Assembly: GCA_003140935.1 (NCBI GenBank)
Contig: PLLJ01000037.1
Location: 1 to 62,525, forward strand
Length of the DNA: 62,525 nucleotides
Source: Candidatus Omnitrophota bacterium
GTDB lineage: Bacteria > Omnitrophota > Omnitrophia > Omnitrophales > Aquincolibacteriaceae
Reading direction: 5' to 3'
Below, piece by piece: positions 26,701 through 33,262 of the stretch. Each line of letters opens with the position of its first letter. Within the stretch, counting starts at the first letter, position 1. Both the position numbers and the translations under genes were made by a program. A model generated the notes under the pieces. That model was not told the origin of the DNA, ran no database searches, and was given only the letters and a program-made list of their open reading frames with translations.

Positions 26701-29028
26701 TTCTTTTTGCACCTTAATGTATTCCTTCATGGCCGTCCGGTAATAACCCGGCTGAAATTTACTGCTAAGACTCGCCATTTCATCATGGATCATCTGAAGG
26801 GGGATCGAAGCACTAACGTGAGTATGCCGCTCCTTCTTGGGCCACTGGCGAACCATTTCGATTAGGGCTTGATAGGCGAGATTACGGGAAGGAAATTTGT
26901 TTAAATGAAAAATCCTTTGAAAGAACATCATCAGATGGAGAATCGCGTTAAGAATGATTTTAGAGATACTTAAGACTGTGGGACGTTTGATCTTACTTTC
27001 TAAGAAGCTGGAGTAATAGGTGAAAGGATCGATCTGCCGGAGCAATTGATTAATAGCGCTCGTTCTTACATAGTCCTTCAATATTCTCGGATCGTTTTGG
27101 GACTCTTTAAGAATGTCTGCAAGATATGCGCCCGGATGATCGCTCGCAATGGATTCGAAGACCTGAGAAAGAGCTCGAACTTCAAGAAGCCGCGCCTTAT
27201 TAAAATAGTCCCCTTTTTTCATTTGGAGCTCGCCCCACAAGATCGGCGTTTGTTTCAAGAAAAGCTCCGCCGCCTCATCATCTTGGCTTCTCTCTCGTAC
27301 CTCGGAGCGGCGATCACTCCTGGACACCTCTGAGGCGGATACGGTCCCAGAATGCGCAAGACGTTGTTCGATCAGCGGCGTTGCGGAATAAACGCCAAGG
27401 GCTTCCACTGAAGAAACGATCGCGCGGAGTTCCGCATTCACCGGTTGTTCTCCGTTCGTGACGGCTTCAAAAAAGGTGCTGGGGGGACGGTTCGCACGGG
27501 CCGCAAGAAAAGGGACTTCGAAAGAGTAGTGGCCCACGGACATGAGCTGCTTGTAGTCTTCCTGGTGTTTTTTATCGATCCCGGTGATCGCCGGCGAGAT
27601 CACGGCATAAGAGATCCCTTTTGTCCGCAATAGTTCCTTGATATTGTTGGCGTGAAAACCGCCGTACACCAGCACCGCGGGTGCGGCGTTCGCGGAACTC
27701 GGGACTCGGGATTCGGGACTCGTGCCGAAAAAACGATCCAGTGCCTTAGCGAGCGCGCTATCGCGCTGTAAGGCGATCTCATAAAACCGTACCGCATCCT
27801 TAATATGCCGTTCCCACTCTTTCGACAGCACCAGGGACCGGTGCGTGAGCGAGACGATAAAATCCGCCAGTTTTTGAGTCTCGAATTTCCGAAGCATCTC
27901 TTTGACCGCTTCATATTCCGGCTGGGTCAGCTCGATCCGGTTCAGCCGGTTAAGAAGGCTGAGAGCCTGATAATAGGTGAAGATCCGCCGTTCCCGTTCG
28001 GTCCCCAGATAAGCCTCGGAAATATCCCGCTCAAGCCGCTGGATCTCCCCAAAAACAACCGAGGAGTCCAGCGCGTTCAGTTGTTCGATCAGTTCCGGGT
28101 TCCGGGCCGTTTGGGCCGCGAGAAGCAACGATACTGCGGGATAATTTTTAATGAAAATCGCCGGACCGCGGTCCGAAGGATAGAAGGTTTGAAGCTCTTT
28201 CAGATAGTTGAGGATCGGCAACTTCCCTTCCGTAAAACGTTCTTTCACTTTGAGGCAGGCTTTCAGGGCCTTCGGAAAGTGCCGGTCCGCAAGATTCGAG
28301 ATCTGAGTGAAAAGCTCTCTCAGGTCCTCACTTGTATCTGTTCTACTTTTTGAGGCATCACGGTAGGATTCGATGTTCTCGCCGTACAACTTGAGATCCT
28401 CGACGCCGATCAGATCGAATGCGCCGGTACGGTTGATGTGAGCGTATTCCGCTCCGCCGATGCGGAGCTTATCCAAGAGGAAATAAGAAACTTTTTGTCT
28501 GACCGCAGGATCTTTGATGAATCCGAAGAACTTGTCTGTCGGAACGGGGCCTTCGTAGCCTTCTTCAAAAACTGTTTTAATCCCTTTCTCTTTCACGAGC
28601 AGGCCGATGATCTTGGCCATATTCTCCTGGGCTTCGAGGGAATCGTGGGCGTCCTGGATGAAAACGATCGTTTTCTCAGACCGGGACTCGGGATTCGTAG
28701 CTCGCCTGGCTCTCATTAATTCTTTATCGGAAGCCAGTGCAGCACTTTCAGTGCGGGACTCGTTTTCGTTCCGCGTTTCTCGAGTCCCTAGTCCCGAGGA
28801 ACGAGTCCCGGCTCGATAGATTTCATCGATCGAGCCGAGTTCTTTGGGTATCGAAAGGGATGCCGGATCGGAAGCAACTGTTGTGACTGAAGGACTTGCA
28901 TAACCCTGGGGAGCATAGCGGGTAGCATCGAACAAAGTAAAAGCAATAATGACAAATGCCGCCGTGACCCGGCGCCAGAAAAGGCCGTTTTGCCATGTTT
29001 TATAAGAGGTTTTTGTCCCAAATATCAT
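17737..29028 (-). CDS. Giant 3,763-aa membrane-anchored multidomain protein with nucleotide-acting modules
   Basis: A single uninterrupted ORF of 11,292 nt with an N-terminal signal anchor (FWRRVTAAFVIIAFTLF). Motifs seen:
- deaminase-like: YDLELRFNPY, RIGHG, ITVESCPD, VYGTDG
- HD 1: FLHDIKG, LVHDAD
- HIT-like: NHLHIHV
- PRTase: VILLDDSFMTGS
- nucleotidyltransferase: LAGSFA...SDLDLVI
- Walker A: EGGSGFGKS
- HD 2: VIFHDLSN, LLHDADN
It also carries five 72-aa tandem repeats and ten R-S-E-x-R punctuation motifs. Confidence 0.9.
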   Translation of the reverse strand: MIFGTKTSYKTWQNGLFWRRVTAAFVIIAFTLFDATRYAPQGYASPSVTTVASDPASLSIPKELGSIDEIYRAGTRSSGLGTRETRNENESRTESAALASDKELMRARRATNPESRSEKTIVFIQDAHDSLEAQENMAKIIGLLVKEKGIKTVFEEGYEGPVPTDKFFGFIKDPAVRQKVSYFLLDKLRIGGAEYAHINRTGAFDLIGVEDLKLYGENIESYRDASKSRTDTSEDLRELFTQISNLADRHFPKALKACLKVKERFTEGKLPILNYLKELQTFYPSDRGPAIFIKNYPAVSLLLAAQTARNPELIEQLNALDSSVVFGEIQRLERDISEAYLGTERERRIFTYYQALSLLNRLNRIELTQPEYEAVKEMLRKFETQKLADFIVSLTHRSLVLSKEWERHIKDAVRFYEIALQRDSALAKALDRFFGTSPESRVPSSANAAPAVLVYGGFHANNIKELLRTKGISYAVISPAITGIDKKHQEDYKQLMSVGHYSFEVPFLAARANRPPSTFFEAVTNGEQPVNAELRAIVSSVEALGVYSATPLIEQRLAHSGTVSASEVSRSDRRSEVRERSQDDEAAELFLKQTPILWGELQMKKGDYFNKARLLEVRALSQVFESIASDHPGAYLADILKESQNDPRILKDYVRTSAINQLLRQIDPFTYYSSFLESKIKRPTVLSISKIILNAILHLMMFFQRIFHLNKFPSRNLAYQALIEMVRQWPKKERHTHVSASIPLQMIHDEMASLSSKFQPGYYRTAMKEYIKVQKEKLTGEYAATHGAFLKFLEQFPDEKDISIQALENFMKTSRRGKRELFDVWLDTLGWIVDNAPEAGMRETARQLFQPAFIRVIQNIASQNFADGIYDLELRFNPYKTVGKQLAPEDLKKFLTKLSKALEDTEKEADRALGTDGGIHHKVRFMFSFARERMSGVKWGEGWDKKFEILKELKRTAGETIYAERLRGIDISGVESFSVGKGKQRRIMKEDEIGPFYHLQEVAGHLRELKDSGYIITTHLGDFFAAGPAWDRQGHEAFVRAHLKAFGPIVDRIGHGRIFSPAGKGAVAYTRTGDGDWAWFSANDIDEAFLREVKERGITVESCPDRWMDEIFVLREKYPNYWWSEPDSKIGVVYGTDGLNPEKHVSLSHWMVRLMLASPTPDHPSLGRKKGITVGEIREATRAFSDDGISRSEVREDSLEGSSKRHYEKSRGLFDPAPSFEAFEDFWDWYVKHRSEFLSGINPQEVLHAKTVLQVIAALGKIPSGQQQSFEFDLGAREYAEQSPVIQSAPVMETFDDFWSWYIRYESKLPSRDKAKEFLSATYAVQVLAQAEKIQGHQVEDFKRSAGACEYVEGSDVVREAPSFETFKDFMDWYKTHRHELGYRDNPRETLRAGTVVLILVRAQKISTKKLHEFQRNSSAYDYAQDSPVIQKAPSFGTFETFIRWYKEHRSELISRKDPAEVLGAGTTVLVLVHAGKIPENKLKRFQLNASGYEYAEQSASIQSAPGFEDFDAFLHWYKQHRLELPSRKKGGEFLGAGYASQVLMWAGKIPEKKIQKFLQKAGAYERAVREKDAITGEMRRIWGPGNIKPGKYLAQLKRQFDPDLLLNLKLLPKGIKKPVREDYRELILTFAFREYGGEVLQPWTDSSRSEMRGPTPVEREKSKITDQHIQRMREYFKGMTVPTGPIEQIMRAIESLSEEQFSSSEFKEFYENAEHGIEHSLHVTKKVFEWANQFHFEVDREALAAGAFLHDIKGLDSTGHEQRKNHHEEGAKVAENILRSVGWTDERIGKVKDVIRGHRGVPETYNAENYPDGYANDGQGKPKPDSLGAKLVHDADTYIELENLGRLKSITMDIRWRKNPLNILKGNVDQNFVVRMIRFIQYALFGIFRKLYHKYERFFDEHKWLRFVELCSFTDRFYDSDFYFEKGQEINKRLRVILNREKRIWAVHTDVLEFLLGKLLENCDPDYYFVPEIRGLVLEKAPDFFRKFVKLTAVEVRKQGEDPDKVLSVIENVIVKMGKESIAGDQQTKWTTLNAFHQQAFRNARSVFRSEMRETKLSGQKGEPLSMEGFERYFEQAWQGNAHVQTHPVPPSKPVGKYLLVLDPTIKGKDRVQENPNPKGLKPVRVLDLDDFNFNKIKEKFLVPRGILATVAAGDKVYYMVPPMDLTVPFHTLMISESVRPNVLTAGDMKTSLDLAERNPRMKFLQNTDWYTVNHLHIHVTTIDLPVEKLLPEAEVQGTLDAVKVSKIKSWQLTHAIFEDTDTEKLTKAAMKFVKVLQDAQIPHWTAMMKGRVIVSYGEPNGPITTVGAVLGENHSMHVLESLGAVTVSPDRDDLTELQIDQGVSAASLNPAKETELLSKAGFVPLELEKGKVRSEMRNEIFGRYPPTILLNITKGSPSESELGLLYSKLKYGDPKAVDYFSDRLIERIRDDLGSQIGRSEKDWVIVSLSGVRLPNGVTLFSRKISDALGLPHYIFSQRLLDQGVAANPARQARYFNVGYTNPEERSREVRFIPHDSPGFEGSIPLKGKKVILLDDSFMTGSVLAKSLELLEREGATRIQPYALVRLEGFGDEKFENKIDTTLMVEEGTEAIVKAINAERDVMTVRPVYSLFYKDRGVPRPPEEVQTLLARLTPQAKLTLYLYGIDYLAKDYPQNFDLLVKALNKDFGEMFPGIPTLNKVKSEKFLQSVLRILERYQYRVPYQAAPQIAQKLSQSVSLREEETARPEQTVRARLLPQTGNDPARSEMRNISAEDRTLQITRQFGAMPRREIVEKYGDHFDESGQPLSELGVSIALVQYQAALNEAVTGLRQLWQEAGIPLKNQGFWLAGSFASRPERTRIGLLLKQNADVAAGLRRGKKSPSDLDLVIAPYLYDGKYQKKMDQLAIRIFEKYGILVGFYDGLLSVLVDINEVSGNGLIRRYLEATDRNKDEEQWLSSARSEARSGDVMGDKGISASEIDMFLREGVDPRSLQDTYEYEAGIRKLGDIIRTLDSRVLLVIEGGSGFGKSYLAGRLSRGKDFPWLSGQIEVNEEDVILPDEYDAYEIGLMAENLRGALETGKKLVIYSGHTFFQSLLTDDPGVYSVMKDELKDYSIIRIRAMKLFNNKNQAYTRDGTWEKSPSWNPGGADPDQFKHYIQIPEDYLFQKSALNQQDASSEAREIGTLEKYIETIKARDLDDKKISDLQKRFLTNEAKEGQLFSSLVADKPQPDSDISLPSDSDKDYDKEIRNVLHAIGENPETVIATIKECMRVIQRWIPAHLFSRFYKDRTFVSGHGFSHSLDDLLYCLKIIKAENRGGFSAVEVDPKALCYAVIFHDLSNILYREHHDLNSIIWMKSILKKDGSLNEEEIKGVMRVLDGHLKKLLQELSFGAKLLHDADNLSAALDPDRIYALWKNKAKIGIADTSDGPGLGNRFYDPNLQLEERIASMNDGKHRIDGLVDLAWQFLVNRGPEMYKTKGAQTLASDEGRNEKNVIEYIEKKRQDLIDFYGFKNEDIEAMFTVIHNLCAALESSAPDATGPARSEIRNVYRRAQTGRSEMRTAPQVQGGVEEISGGTGNGERGTNTPSVIPETSSVVQDRRSEVRGDRTDRMVKAIRKGTQTATVFVDAEDFPNLSVAQKNEYFYAALSGRGVRIVVYNERGRVQDKELGALLKLDRVTRTDRDLAGAQISFDRPGTPNIHLSKKILPSQKLVQRLRKRVSFFKTQGQNGGTLAAALLWAWSGGEDARLREISQGRDGFWIVAESFVNALQRSYNATLAFAVAA
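24298..25377 (-). repeat. Five tandem 72-aa (216-nt) coding repeats inside the giant ORF
   Basis: The units start PSFEAFEDFWDWY, PVMETFDDFWSWY, PSFETFKDFMDWY, PSFGTFETFIRWY and PGFEDFDAFLHWY. Each has a conserved F..F..WY..HR.EL ... AGKIP core. Confidence 0.85.
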
Positions 29029-29205
29029 GTTTCTAAAACCTTTTTAAACGACAGATTTCCTCAATAGCGGAGGATGCGGAAAGGATAACCCCTGTCTTTG
29101 GTTTTAACAAGGGTAGCGGATAAAATAAATCCGGCTATTTGTAGAGACAAAATTGGCTAATCGAGGGGGTGGGGTTAAAGCAGGGTTCTAGAGGGCAAAG
29201 CGTAA

Positions 29206-30969
29206 TCAGAGATTGAACTGCAGGTCGTAAAGCTTCTTATACATTCCACCCAATCGCAAGAGGAATTCGTTCGTTCCCTGCTGGACGATCTGCCCCTTAT
29301 CCATCACAAGGATACGGTCCGCCTTCTGGATGGTGGAAAGACGATGGGCGATCACGAGCACAGTGCGGGCCTTCATGAGGTTCTCCAAGGCGCCCTGGAC
29401 CTCTTTTTCGCTTTGCGTATCAAGATGCGAGGTGGCTTCATCGAGAATCAGGATCGGCGGGTCCTTGAGAAGCGCTCTTGCGATCGCAATACGCTGGCGC
29501 TCGCCGCCGGAAAGTTTGAGTCCCCTTTCCCCTAGCGGGGTATCATACCCTTGAGGAAGAGTTTCGATAAAATGATCGGCGTACGCGATCTCGGCCGCCC
29601 GTTTCACGTCTTCCAGACTCGCGTCCGGACGCCCATAAGCGATATTCTCCCGGATCGTACCGTTGAAAAGAACGGTCTCCTGCGACACGATCCCGATCAA
29701 GCCGCGCAGAGAATGAAGCGACAGGTCCCGGATGTCCTTGCCGTTGATCTTGATCATGCCTTGAACGGGATCATAAAAACGGAGGAGAAGGCTCACGAGC
29801 GTGGTCTTTCCGGAACCGCTTGCGCCCACGAACGCGATCACCTCGTTGTGTTTGGCCTTGATCTCAATATCCTTAAGCACCCACTTGTCGAATTCATAGT
29901 AGAAACCCACATGCTCATAGCTGATCTCGCGGATCGGCTCGGAAAAGACAAGGGCGCCGGGTTTATCCTGGATCGTGGGCTTGGAGTCCAAGACCTCGAA
30001 AATACGCTGCCCTGAGGCGATCGACTGCTGGATCGTGCTGTTCACCTTGCTTATTTTTTTGAGCGGCTCATAACAGATATACAGCGAAATAAAAAAAGCC
30101 GCGAACCGCTCCGGCGGCAGGTATTTGATACCAAACCACACCGCGAACGCGGCGCCCACCGCGCCGATCACTTCGATCAAAGGGCGCTGGATGATCGTGA
30201 TCTTGATGGTCCTCCTGAAGAAATTAAAAACACTTTTGTTGATCTCCTCGAAATGGTGGATCTCCCTTTCTTCGCTCGTGAAGGCCTTGACGATATGGGC
30301 CCCGGAAAGGGTTTCGCCGATAAAGGCGGTGATGTCCCCGGTGCGCTCCTGCATTTTTTTCGTCAACTTGCGGAGCTGTTTGCCCAAAAGCACGATGGGG
30401 ATGGCCACGAGCGGAAAGATCAGGATCGCGATCAGCGCGTATTTCCCGCCCCAGATAAAAATAAAGGGGATGTTGAAAAGGATGACCAGGGGCTGTTTGA
30501 CAAGATCGGTGATCACGTCCGTGATCGCGCCCTGGATCTGGCCGACATCGTTCGTGATGCGGGAAAGAAAATCCCCGGTGCGGCCTTTCGCGTAAAAATC
30601 GTGGGAAAGATAAACTAAATGACGGTAGAGATCATCCCGGACTTTGCGGACCGCGAGGATCCCCACATTGGACATTTGATAGTTTGAGACATAATCAAAA
30701 AAACCGCGCAGAATGAATACGACGACGAGAATCACCGGGACCCAGATAATGGGCAAGGCCACCGAGGTGATCTTGGGGAAATATTTCGAAAGATAGGGGA
30801 TGTTATCGATCACGATCTGGTTTTTTTGAACAAAACCCTTCGTGACCATATAGATCGCGACCGAGACAAGCGCGTTCGCCATCGAAAAAGCAAGCATGCA
30901 CAAAAAGGCGATGGCGAGGCGCCAGCGGTACGGCTTCACATAACCCAGTAGCCTTTTATAGATATTCAT
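29206..30969 (-). CDS. msbA: ABC transporter permease/ATP-binding protein, MsbA-like lipid A exporter
   Basis: Six-TM N-terminal domain, Walker A GASGSGKTT, signature LSGGERQR, and Walker B ILILDEATS. I place the start at the ATG at 30969 (GGAGG about 6 nt upstream) rather than 31086. Confidence 0.8.
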   Translation of the reverse strand: MNIYKRLLGYVKPYRWRLAIAFLCMLAFSMANALVSVAIYMVTKGFVQKNQIVIDNIPYLSKYFPKITSVALPIIWVPVILVVVFILRGFFDYVSNYQMSNVGILAVRKVRDDLYRHLVYLSHDFYAKGRTGDFLSRITNDVGQIQGAITDVITDLVKQPLVILFNIPFIFIWGGKYALIAILIFPLVAIPIVLLGKQLRKLTKKMQERTGDITAFIGETLSGAHIVKAFTSEEREIHHFEEINKSVFNFFRRTIKITIIQRPLIEVIGAVGAAFAVWFGIKYLPPERFAAFFISLYICYEPLKKISKVNSTIQQSIASGQRIFEVLDSKPTIQDKPGALVFSEPIREISYEHVGFYYEFDKWVLKDIEIKAKHNEVIAFVGASGSGKTTLVSLLLRFYDPVQGMIKINGKDIRDLSLHSLRGLIGIVSQETVLFNGTIRENIAYGRPDASLEDVKRAAEIAYADHFIETLPQGYDTPLGERGLKLSGGERQRIAIARALLKDPPILILDEATSHLDTQSEKEVQGALENLMKARTVLVIAHRLSTIQKADRILVMDKGQIVQQGTNEFLLRLGGMYKKLYDLQFNL

Positions 30970-31160
30970 AATCCTCCCGGATCGGGAAATGAAAAGCGGA
31001 TAATGAGGAACGATGGCATTCAACGTTCGTCGTTCCCCGTGCTCCCTGCACAACAGGGGAGCACACTGTAACATATTCGTTGACACTGCTCAAGGTTATG
31101 ATTTAAGCTTCTCAGGCGTTGTTTTCTCCCCGATAACTCATGCATTATAAAGGAGTTAGG

Positions 31161-32108
31161 ATGGCAGCACCTCTCAAAGTCGGCGTGGTCGGCGTAGGGC
31201 ATCTCGGGAAGGAACATGCCCGGATCTACCGCGACCTCCCCGACGCCGAACTGGTCGGCATCTCGGACCTGGACCCTGCCAAGACGGAAAAAGCCAAAGA
31301 ACTCGGCACGGCCTATTATAAGGACCCGCGTGAATTGATCGGGAAAGTGGAAGCCGTGAGCATCGCCACCCCGACCTCCACCCACTACGCGGTCGCCAAG
31401 GAATTCCTGAAGGCCGGCATTCATACTTTAATCGAAAAACCCATCACGCTGAAACTGGATGAAGCGGACGAACTTCTGGATCTCGCCCGTCAAAAGCATT
31501 GCGCGCTCCAGGTCGGGCACATCGAACGCCACAATCCCGGATTCAAACGCATTGAAGAGATCGCGAAGAATATCCGTTTTTTCGAGATCCACCGCCTCGG
31601 GCCCTTCACCGGCCGCATCAATGACTGCGGCGTGGTCCTTGACCTTATGATCCATGATCTGGATATCGTGCTGGGGCTTGTGAAATCCGAAGTGGCCAGC
31701 TTTGATGCTATCGGCGTGAACGTGCTCACCCCTTTTGAGGATATCGCTAATGTCCGCATGAAGTTCAAGAACGGCGCCGTGGCGGACATCACGGCTTCGC
31801 GCCTCACGTTCGAAAAACAGCGCAAGATCCGGATCTTCCAGGAAGACGCCTACATCTCCCTCGACTACGGCGCGCAAAGCTGCAAGATCTTCCGCAAGAA
31901 CGGGCCGGAGATCGTCCAAGAGATCGTGGACATTGAGAAAGCCGAACCCCTTAAAGAAGAATTGAAGTTTTTTCTTGCGAATATCCGGTCCGGAAAAAGT
32001 CCCGGCCATCCTGATACTGCGGCCCGTGACGCGCTCAAACTGGCGCTCGAGATCGCGCGGAGGGTCCAGGATGAGCAACCCAAACCCGCGGCTTCCTCCA
32101 AGCTATGA
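31161..32108 (+). CDS. Gfo/Idh/MocA family NAD(P)-dependent oxidoreductase
   Basis: N-terminal Rossmann motif KVGVVGVGHLGKEH and typical family length. I place the start at the second ATG (AAGGAG upstream). It overlaps the lpxB start (ATGA), which suggests an envelope-sugar role; that is inference only. Confidence 0.75.
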   Translation: MAAPLKVGVVGVGHLGKEHARIYRDLPDAELVGISDLDPAKTEKAKELGTAYYKDPRELIGKVEAVSIATPTSTHYAVAKEFLKAGIHTLIEKPITLKLDEADELLDLARQKHCALQVGHIERHNPGFKRIEEIAKNIRFFEIHRLGPFTGRINDCGVVLDLMIHDLDIVLGLVKSEVASFDAIGVNVLTPFEDIANVRMKFKNGAVADITASRLTFEKQRKIRIFQEDAYISLDYGAQSCKIFRKNGPEIVQEIVDIEKAEPLKEELKFFLANIRSGKSPGHPDTAARDALKLALEIARRVQDEQPKPAASSKL

Positions 32109-33262
32109 GTAAGAAAATTTTTCTCGTCGCCTGCGAAGCCTCCGGAGACCTTCACGGCGCTCACCTCATTGCCGCGATCCGGAAACTCGCACCCGGAGCG
32201 GAATTCTGCGGCGTGGGCGGCGCCAGGATGGAACAGGAGGGTATGCAGATCTTCCATGACATGACGAAGATCTCGGCCCTGGGTCTGGGCGACGTCCTCC
32301 GGAACTATTTCAAATATCTCAAGATCTTCAATGCAACGCGAGCAGATATCGATCGCGAAGTACCGGACGCCGTGGTCTTGATCGACTCTCCGGCCTTCAA
32401 TCTCCGGCTCGCTAAAAAGATCTCCGCTCTCGCGCCCGTCTTTTATTACATCTCTCCGCAATTGTGGGCATGGGGAAAACGCCGAATCCACATTGTTAAA
32501 AAGCACATCCATGAAATGCTCGTGATCTTGCCGTTCGAAAAGGACTTTTATGAAAAGGAAGGGGTGTCCGTAAAGTTCGTGGGACATCCCCTGCTCGATG
32601 CGATCCCGGAACTTCCGCATCCCATTACGCTCCGCGCCCGGATCGGGATCATTCAAGGGCAAAAGGCCATCGGGCTTTTTTCGGGTTCACGGGAAAAAGA
32701 GGTCAAACGTATCCTGCCGGTCATGCTCCAGGCGGCTTCCCATCTCCGGAAGGACCTTCCCGAAGCCGCCTTTTTCGTTTCAAAGTCACCCAATGTGCGC
32801 CCTGAAGTCTATGAGGCATTGCTCCGGAACCTTTCTTTTAAAGTGGAATGTCCGTCCGGTCCTTTTTATGAGCTCGTCAAAGCCATGGATTTCGCCTTTG
32901 TAGCCTCCGGGACCGCCACGCTTGAAACCGCGCTCCTCGGAACGCCTTTTTTTCTTGTCTACAAGGCAAGCTGGTCGACCTATCTCCTCGGAAAACATCT
33001 CATCAAAGTCCCTTATCTCGGGCTTGTCAACCTTCTCGCGGATACCCGGGTGGTTCCTGAGTTCATCCAACAAGACGCCCATCCTGAAACGCTCGCCCAT
33101 GAAGCCAAAGTGTTCCTCCAGAGCCCGGAACTGCAGCAGAAAATGAAAGAAGAGTTCCGTCAGATCAGGGAGAAACTCGGAGAAAAAGGCGCGAGCGCGC
33201 GGGCTGCGAAGGAAATCTGCAATTACCTCGGCGTCATTCCTCACATTAAAGAACGCCGCTAA
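32105..33262 (+). CDS. lpxB: Lipid-A-disaccharide synthase
   Basis: 385 aa with N-terminal FLVACEASGDLHGAHLI and the overall GT19 pattern. Confidence 0.9.
   Translation: MSKKIFLVACEASGDLHGAHLIAAIRKLAPGAEFCGVGGARMEQEGMQIFHDMTKISALGLGDVLRNYFKYLKIFNATRADIDREVPDAVVLIDSPAFNLRLAKKISALAPVFYYISPQLWAWGKRRIHIVKKHIHEMLVILPFEKDFYEKEGVSVKFVGHPLLDAIPELPHPITLRARIGIIQGQKAIGLFSGSREKEVKRILPVMLQAASHLRKDLPEAAFFVSKSPNVRPEVYEALLRNLSFKVECPSGPFYELVKAMDFAFVASGTATLETALLGTPFFLVYKASWSTYLLGKHLIKVPYLGLVNLLADTRVVPEFIQQDAHPETLAHEAKVFLQSPELQQKMKEEFRQIREKLGEKGASARAAKEICNYLGVIPHIKERR

Noticed and set aside
18277-27309. Whether the regularly recurring 15-nt motif could be a CRISPR-like array
   Set aside because: The spacing is irregular (from 0.04 to 1.8 kb). 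The whole region is one continuous ORF, the motif is translated, and no cas genes are present.
30970-31086. 39-codon N-terminal extension of msbA in the ORF track
   Set aside because: The internal ATG at 30969 has a GGAGG SD and yields the usual MsbA N-terminus (MNIYKRLLGYVKPYRWRL). The extension has no TM or signal character.
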